Assembly (NCBI RefSeq): GCF_964355755.1
Contig: NC_092670.1
Location: 6,872,201 to 6,936,200, forward strand
Origin: Antedon mediterranea
Lineage: Eukaryota > Animalia > Echinodermata
Direction of reading: 5' to 3'
Length of the DNA stretch: 64,000 nucleotides
Shown: positions 63,173-64,000 of the stretch, one piece after another
Numbering within the stretch: the first letter of the stretch is position 1
Layout: each line of letters opens with the position of its first letter
Notes under the pieces: generated by a model
Databases searched by the model: none
What the model was told of the DNA's origin: nothing
What the model saw: the letters and a program-made list of their open reading frames with translations, nothing else
Translations under genes and position numbers: made by a program

Positions 63173-64000
63173 ATGATATATAATTGCTCTATATGTGGAT
63201 TATTTGAATCATATACAATTTGTAAACTAATTTCTCGCATATCATTTAACCATGGATTTAATCCTAATTTTTATGTTACTTGTGGTTTAGACAATTGTTT
63301 AAAAACCTTTAGAAACGTTGGTTCTTACAAGTCTCACTTGTATAGGAAGCATAGAGAACATTTTAAGATTCAGGATGACACTCTCCATGAGCACATATAC
63401 AAATGTCCGGTTTGCATTTCTACTGTTATTTCCATCAAAGAAACTATCAATCATCTTAAAATCCATATTTTTTAGATTGGTTCATTGCAATGTCCCATTC
63501 AAGACTGTAATTCAGTTCAACATTTACACTCTTCATTAAGAGCACACATTAGTAGGAATCATAAAAATGTCACATGTGCCAACCTAAAACCACAATGGAA
63601 ATGTGAAGATGAAGAACATGATATATTAGATGATGAGCACATTGATGATTATCCAGTAGAATTGCGAACACCTGTACCCAATGTGTTTACAGCTTAGCTT
63701 TAGTTTTGTTAAAACTTGAAGCCATAGAATTAGTTCCTCGGTCAACAATCCAAAAAATTCTTGTATCTCTAAATGAATTAATTTCACTATGTAATCAACA
63801 AGTTGGTATTTCCCTACAGAATATTTTTGGAGGTTTAAATCTTTCTAGATTTGAAGAAGAAAGCATCTGTGAGACAGTTGAACAGGGTGTTTTTCAAAAT
63901 GCCTTTGACTCTCTGAAAACTGATTTTTTAAGAAGGAAATTTTACGAAAAAACTTTTCAATTTGTAGAACCTATTCAGTATAAACTTGAAGATAATAATA
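63173..64000 (+). pseudogene. Frameshifted transposase-like ORF with C2H2 zinc fingers
   Basis: CGLDNCLKTF..YKSHLYRKH, CPVC..HLKIH and CPIQDC..HISRNH lie in different frames. Confidence 0.65.

Larger units (their letters stand above)
60258..64000 (+). mobile_element. CACTA/EnSpm (CMC)-like DNA transposon, left part
   Basis: Begins CACTGTAAAAAA; downstream broken ORF with C2H2 fingers and LLKLEA..VPRSTIQKI..RRKFYEKTFQFVEP, resembling animal EnSpm-type transposase N-termini. Right end is outside the window. Confidence 0.65.

Noticed and set aside
63173-63697. Host C2H2 zinc-finger transcription factor
   Set aside because: Frameshifted, continues into transposase-like sequence, and lies downstream of a CACTG terminus.

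Overview
AT-rich animal genomic DNA, probably a marine invertebrate deuterostome such as an echinoderm (inferred from the HYR-rich receptor and the TE families). No prokaryotic features. Most of the window is the 3' part of one large + strand adhesion GPCR gene. I traced 28 exons (1490-53164) by hand; all splice phases are consistent, giving about 2050 codons, with the 5' end outside the window. Domain order: HYR x3, six-bladed LDLR-class-B (YWTD) beta-propeller, HYR x7, EGF, Ig, SEA, HormR-like, GAIN/GPS, 7TM. A recent ~30 kb intragenic duplication (1-6273 matches 30229-37247) ends inside a HYR exon, and one HYR exon is truncated with a stop. The introns are full of mobile elements: two Penelope-like elements carrying minimal hammerhead ribozymes; a 10.7 kb Gypsy element (585 bp LTRs, HHDD RT motif) with a LINE nested in gag; a decayed CR1/L2-group LINE; a single-ORF LINE with a 2A peptide; and Helentron-type non-autonomous elements. 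Downstream of the gene is a CACTA/EnSpm-like transposon interrupted by a hAT-type element carrying ~300 bp tandem repeats. All coordinates were read by eye and no database searches were run.
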